Shown here: in pieces, positions 59,731-64,000 of the stretch
Layout: the number at the start of each line of letters is the position of its first letter
How positions within the stretch are numbered: the first letter of the stretch is position 1
Made by a program: the position numbers and the translations under genes
NCBI GenBank assembly: GCA_002104945.1
Contig: MCFH01000095.1
Span: 52,648 to 116,647 of the forward strand
Length of the DNA: 64,000 nt
From: Piromyces finnis finn
Taxonomy: Eukaryota; Fungi; Neocallimastigomycota
Reading direction: 5' to 3'
The notes under the pieces: model-generated
What the model was told of the DNA's origin: nothing
Database searches by the model: none
The model's input: the letters and a program-made list of their open reading frames with translations, nothing else

Positions 59731-59858
59731 AAAGTTCACTTTTTAATATTTTCATTTAAAAAAAAAAAAAAAGAAAAAAGACTTTTTTGGTGAAATGAAA
59801 ACTTTTTTAAATTTCGAAATAAATAAAGAAAAGCAAAAAAAAGTCTTTTTTCTTTTTT
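59731..59858. repeat. Short MITE-like repeat; an inverted copy lies at ~63811-64000
   Basis: Internal arms AAAGAAAAAAGACTTTTTT / AAAAAAAGTCTTTTTTCTTT; core TGGTGAAATGAAAACTTTTTTAAATTTCGAAATAAATAAAGAAAAGC reverse-complemented at 63821-63867. Confidence 0.7.
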
Positions 59859-60739
59859 GCTTTTCGGTTAATTATCTTAATAATTAATTAATCGAAAAGA
59901 TAAACAAAAGTTATTTTTCGTTAAAAACTAACTAAAAAAAGACAACTTAATATTATTGCTTTTTATTATTTAAAATTTATAACAATACTTTTGATTTTTA
60001 TTATTATTTGACCGATGATTATATTTACAATATTAATTAAATAATTTTATTATATATTATAATTATTATTTTATAATATATGTATTTCTTTTTCTTTAAA
60101 AAAAATAATTAAATATAAAACTTTATTTACAGGATTTATTTTTCGCTTTTTAATGCCTTACAACAATTTAAATAGCCGACAAAAGCTACTAACTAGAGGT
60201 GATATACTAGACCTCAAAATATATTTAAACTATATATTTTTATGTAGATTTACCTTCACAACAAACCTTTAGCCTTCGGTGACTAAAGTTCCTTATTTGC
60301 CAGAGTTTGTTAAAGTATTCAGCTTGAGAGTCCTGTATTACGTGCTTTTTATCACACTAACAATCCCTTCCCCCAAGTAAGCGTGCTATTCACATTCGTC
60401 CTACTTTTACAAATACTTCAGTGATTAATAACTATAGTTTCTAACCAACTGAAACTAGTTAATTATACATTGAAGCTGTATATGAGCTCTATACGCACCT
60501 AGTATATTTTTACAAGTATTTTAATTTATAAAGTTTTATATTTATAAATATTTTTTTTGTTTGGTGTATATATATTTTTTTATATATATATACTTATAAT
60601 ATCTTTAATATTTATTAAATTTTAATAAGCTATTATTTCTAATAGATGTAAAGATATAAAATATATCTTTAAATTATTTAATAATTAATTAATAATTGTT
60701 ATTATTTTAATAAAACAATATTTTTTTTATATAACTTCT

Positions 60740-61298
60740 ATGATGCATACAATATGTATTAATTCTTAATTATTTAATAATACGAGAGTTATTAAATAAT
60801 ATTATAATTTTATAATTAAATATAATAAACTTTATATTTTTAAAAATTAACTAATACTTGCAAATGAACAAGTATAAAAATCATTTATTTTATTTTCTTA
60901 TTTTTTTAGATACAAATATTATCATGTAAAAGTTTTACTAAACTTTAATTTAATATTAAATATTAAATTAAATAAAAGATTAAAGATAACTAGGTTAGAA
61001 AAAATGTTTTATTAAAATAATCTTAATTGTTTTATAAATGAATAATTAAATTATGTATTATGGTTAAAATAATTTCTTTTATTTTATTTAAATAATATAT
61101 TATTAAAGAATATAATAATAAGATTATTTAATAGCAATACTTATTAAGTATTAATAAGATAATAATCTTTACAAGATTTAATTTCATAAAACTATTCTAA
61201 ATTATTTATACTATTTGTAATTTTACATTTAATAATAAATAACTATTAATACATGATTATATTCATAATATATTTTATAATACTAAAGTTAAACTTAA
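60740..61298. repeat. Third copy of the inverted-repeat arm sequence joined to a truncated family-B LTR starting at 60925
   Basis: ...CTTGCAAATGAACAAGTATAAAAATC...TAGATACAAATATTATCA|TGTAAAAGTTTTACTAAAC; LTR similarity stops near 61298. Confidence 0.8.
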
Positions 61299-62439
61299 GG
61301 CTTAGTCTTAATTACGTGACTAACTTATGAAAACATAAACATGTATTAAAAGTGTTGTAAACGTAATGTCTACGTGTTATAGAGATTTTTATTTTATTTT
61401 TATGATCACATAACCTTACATCTCATTATATAACTGTAATTTACAATGTAACTTTTTCTCTTTGTTAACCTTATTAATAAAATTATTTATTAATTAAATT
61501 TATTTTACAGTAATAATATTGTATATAATGTATTTATATTATTAGTATTAGTATTAGTATTAGTATTAGTATTATTATTATTAATCTATAATATTATTTT
61601 TTTTATATATATTATTATATTTTATTATTAATTTGTATTTATAAATACATAAATGTACAATTATTTTCATATAATTGTAGTATTTTGTTATGTGTTTCAA
61701 TCAATATGATAATGGACATGATAAGAGTTATTTTTATGTAGAAAGAATCTTTAAATAATATATATTTTGTTCATAATTTTATTAATCACGCTTTAATATA
61801 TTATTCCGTTTATATGCTAAAACGATAATCCCAGTCATTTATAACTATTTTATTAAAAATTAACAAAAAACAAGAAGCCTTTTTATAATATTTATTTCTA
61901 GTCTATTTATACTATCAGGGCTTACATAATGATTAATTGTACAATTATAAGGCTGGAATTATATGGATTATATATCTTCCTTATTCTTTTATATTTCATT
62001 ATTTTACATTTAAGGAATTACTATTTAATAAAAAACTATATACATTTAATATTTACAAATATAATAGATTTAGGTCACCTATTATTTTTATATCATGCCT
62101 GTAACAGTGCTAGCGTTTTCAATAACCTAAGAATATGTTTTAACAATTCCTTTATGGGAACCGGACTACATACTATTCAGCAATCCTCATTTTCCCTGTA
62201 GATATTGGAAATTAAACAAACTTTTCATTTGAATAGTAAACTTTTAAATTACTCTTGTACATGTTTTTTTTTTTTTTTTTTTTTTTTTAATAATCGTCAT
62301 TAAATACATAGATCTTTTTGGGAACATATTATTTAATTCAAAATATCTTCTCAACAAATTAAAGTAAAATGTTAATAAATAGTCAATTTCATTTTTAATA
62401 AATAATTAAAAAAATATTTTAAGAAATATATATAATACA

Positions 62440-62480
<41 letters not shown>

Positions 62481-62903
62481 TAATTTAGTTTAAATAAATG
62501 TTATTTATTAATAATTAATATATTCAAAAATATTTAACTAACAATAATAATAAACTAACATTTTTATTCATTATCCTTTAATTTTTATTTTTATTTTATT
62601 TCTATTTTTACTTCTTTTCAATTTTTTAATTTTTTTTTTACATGGTTTTAAAAATAGTTGCTATTTTAAAAAAAGTAATAATAAGTTCTCATTAAAAATT
62701 AACTTTATATAGTAAATATATATAGCTATATTAAACTTTTATATTATAACTTTTATAAAATACCAATATTTTTTGTTTACTATTTTTTTTGACAATTAAA
62801 AAATACAGTGTTTTATAAACTTTAATAGTATCTTATTTTTATATATTTTTAAATGAATTTTATTATACTAATAATTATAGTATAAAAAATGTAAAAATTT
62901 TAT

Positions 62904-63668
62904 TTATTTATTAGCTTTAATATAATATCTTTCATTATGTTTTACGTAACAACAATAACAACAATCAATTACTAAAATACTTATTAATGCTGCTATAAAC
63001 CCTAGTTTTGAAAATGCCTCACCTATCCCATCACTATCAGAAGGTGTATAGTTATTAGTTATGCATGTTCCTCTGTAACATTTGTTGGAAGAGCAATCTG
63101 AATTTTTTATACAAGGCTCACCAGGCATCCGACCACATTTAGTATATCCTATATACGATGAATAGAAAGCACTAGGTCTTATATATAAAGAAACACAATG
63201 TTCAATATTAACTTCTAAATTCTTTATACATCTATTGTTTATACATTTATTTGAAAAACATTGACTATCTGTTTTACAATCAGTAGAAACATGAATAGTT
63301 TTATTTATATTAGACTCGATATAATTAGCTATAGTTACTTCATAATCATCTATATAGGAAGTAAATATATATCTATGAAGATAACCATTTTTATCTTCAA
63401 TTTCAATAAAAGGTTTGCTACTATTCGGCTGTATATAAATGCAATCATCATCTTTACATACATAAGTATATTCATCATCATCATCAGGTGAGTTATAATT
63501 ATTAAAATCAAAATCTTTAATTATGGTGCGACTAAATGCTTCACCACGATAAATAAGTTCAGCTGGAATATCATCAGATTCAACACTAATTGTACGAGTA
63601 TATCCATATTGACAAAATACCATAAAATATAAATAGGTTGATAGTATCAAAATAATCTTCTTTTTCAT
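62904..63668 (-). CDS. Secreted or single-pass membrane protein with two Cys-rich modules, unknown function
   Basis: Intact 254-aa ORF; signal peptide; CKTDSQCFSNKCINNRC and CGRMPGEPCIKNSDCSSNKCYRGTC; C-terminal TM helix followed by a CCYCC cluster. Confidence 0.8.
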   Translation of the reverse strand: MKKKIILILSTYLYFMVFCQYGYTRTISVESDDIPAELIYRGEAFSRTIIKDFDFNNYNSPDDDDEYTYVCKDDDCIYIQPNSSKPFIEIEDKNGYLHRYIFTSYIDDYEVTIANYIESNINKTIHVSTDCKTDSQCFSNKCINNRCIKNLEVNIEHCVSLYIRPSAFYSSYIGYTKCGRMPGEPCIKNSDCSSNKCYRGTCITNNYTPSDSDGIGEAFSKLGFIAALISILVIDCCYCCYVKHNERYYIKANK

Positions 63669-63810
63669 TATACTTTATAAAAATTATATATAACAAATAT
63701 TGAAATTAAAATTGAAATTTATAATATTTTTTTTTTATTTATCACACTATCCTTTAATGTTTAGTAGCTTTCAGTTTAATAAAATATAAAATGTTTATTT
63801 TCGTTTTTTT

Positions 63811-64000
63811 TTTTTTTTTTGCTTTTCTTTATTTATTTCGAAATTTAAAAAAGTTTTCATTTCACCAAAAAAAAAGTCTTTTTTCTTTTTTTTTATATAA
63901 AATTTCAAAAAAATTAAATTTCTTAGAACCAATCCTTTTTTAATAATAAAAATTAATAGAACTTTCTTTTTTTTTTAAATGAAAATAAAATAATGAACTT
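63811..64000. repeat. Inverted copy of the 59731-59858 repeat, with an internal insertion
   Basis: Reverse-complement match at 63811-63894 and 63967-64000. Confidence 0.65.

Noticed and set aside
61929-62201. 90-aa ORF and other short hydrophobic ORFs (3423, 10988, 11414, 32068, 34614, 36424, 41706)
   Set aside because: Low-complexity products expected by chance in very AT-rich intergenic DNA.

Overview
Very AT-rich eukaryotic DNA with GT-AG introns and long (AAT)n tracts. Composition and gene families point to an anaerobic gut fungus (Neocallimastigomycota); this is inferred. From left to right: (1) the 3' part of a Ty3/Gypsy element and a LINE 3' fragment; (2) a class-C-like GPCR with a solute-binding-protein ectodomain; (3) a 12-exon gene (12812-22901) that splices in frame into a ~2489-aa protein of 11 tandem Gfd2/YDR514C/QIP-like DEDDh exonuclease domains, 6 apparently active and 5 degenerate, with every intron inside the catalytic H-N-x-G-N-D motif; (4) a decayed, very compact RNA polymerase beta'-like fragment of probable plasmid or viral origin, and a decayed LINE; (5) three secreted BspA-LRR/transglutaminase-like genes; (6) a stack of three LTR insertions with resolvable 5-bp TSDs at one site 60 bp upstream of a tRNA-Trp gene, namely a self-priming Tf1/sushi-type chromovirus (itself carrying two nested solo LTRs) plus two solo LTRs; (7) a Cys-rich membrane protein gene. 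All calls were made by eye; no database searches were run.
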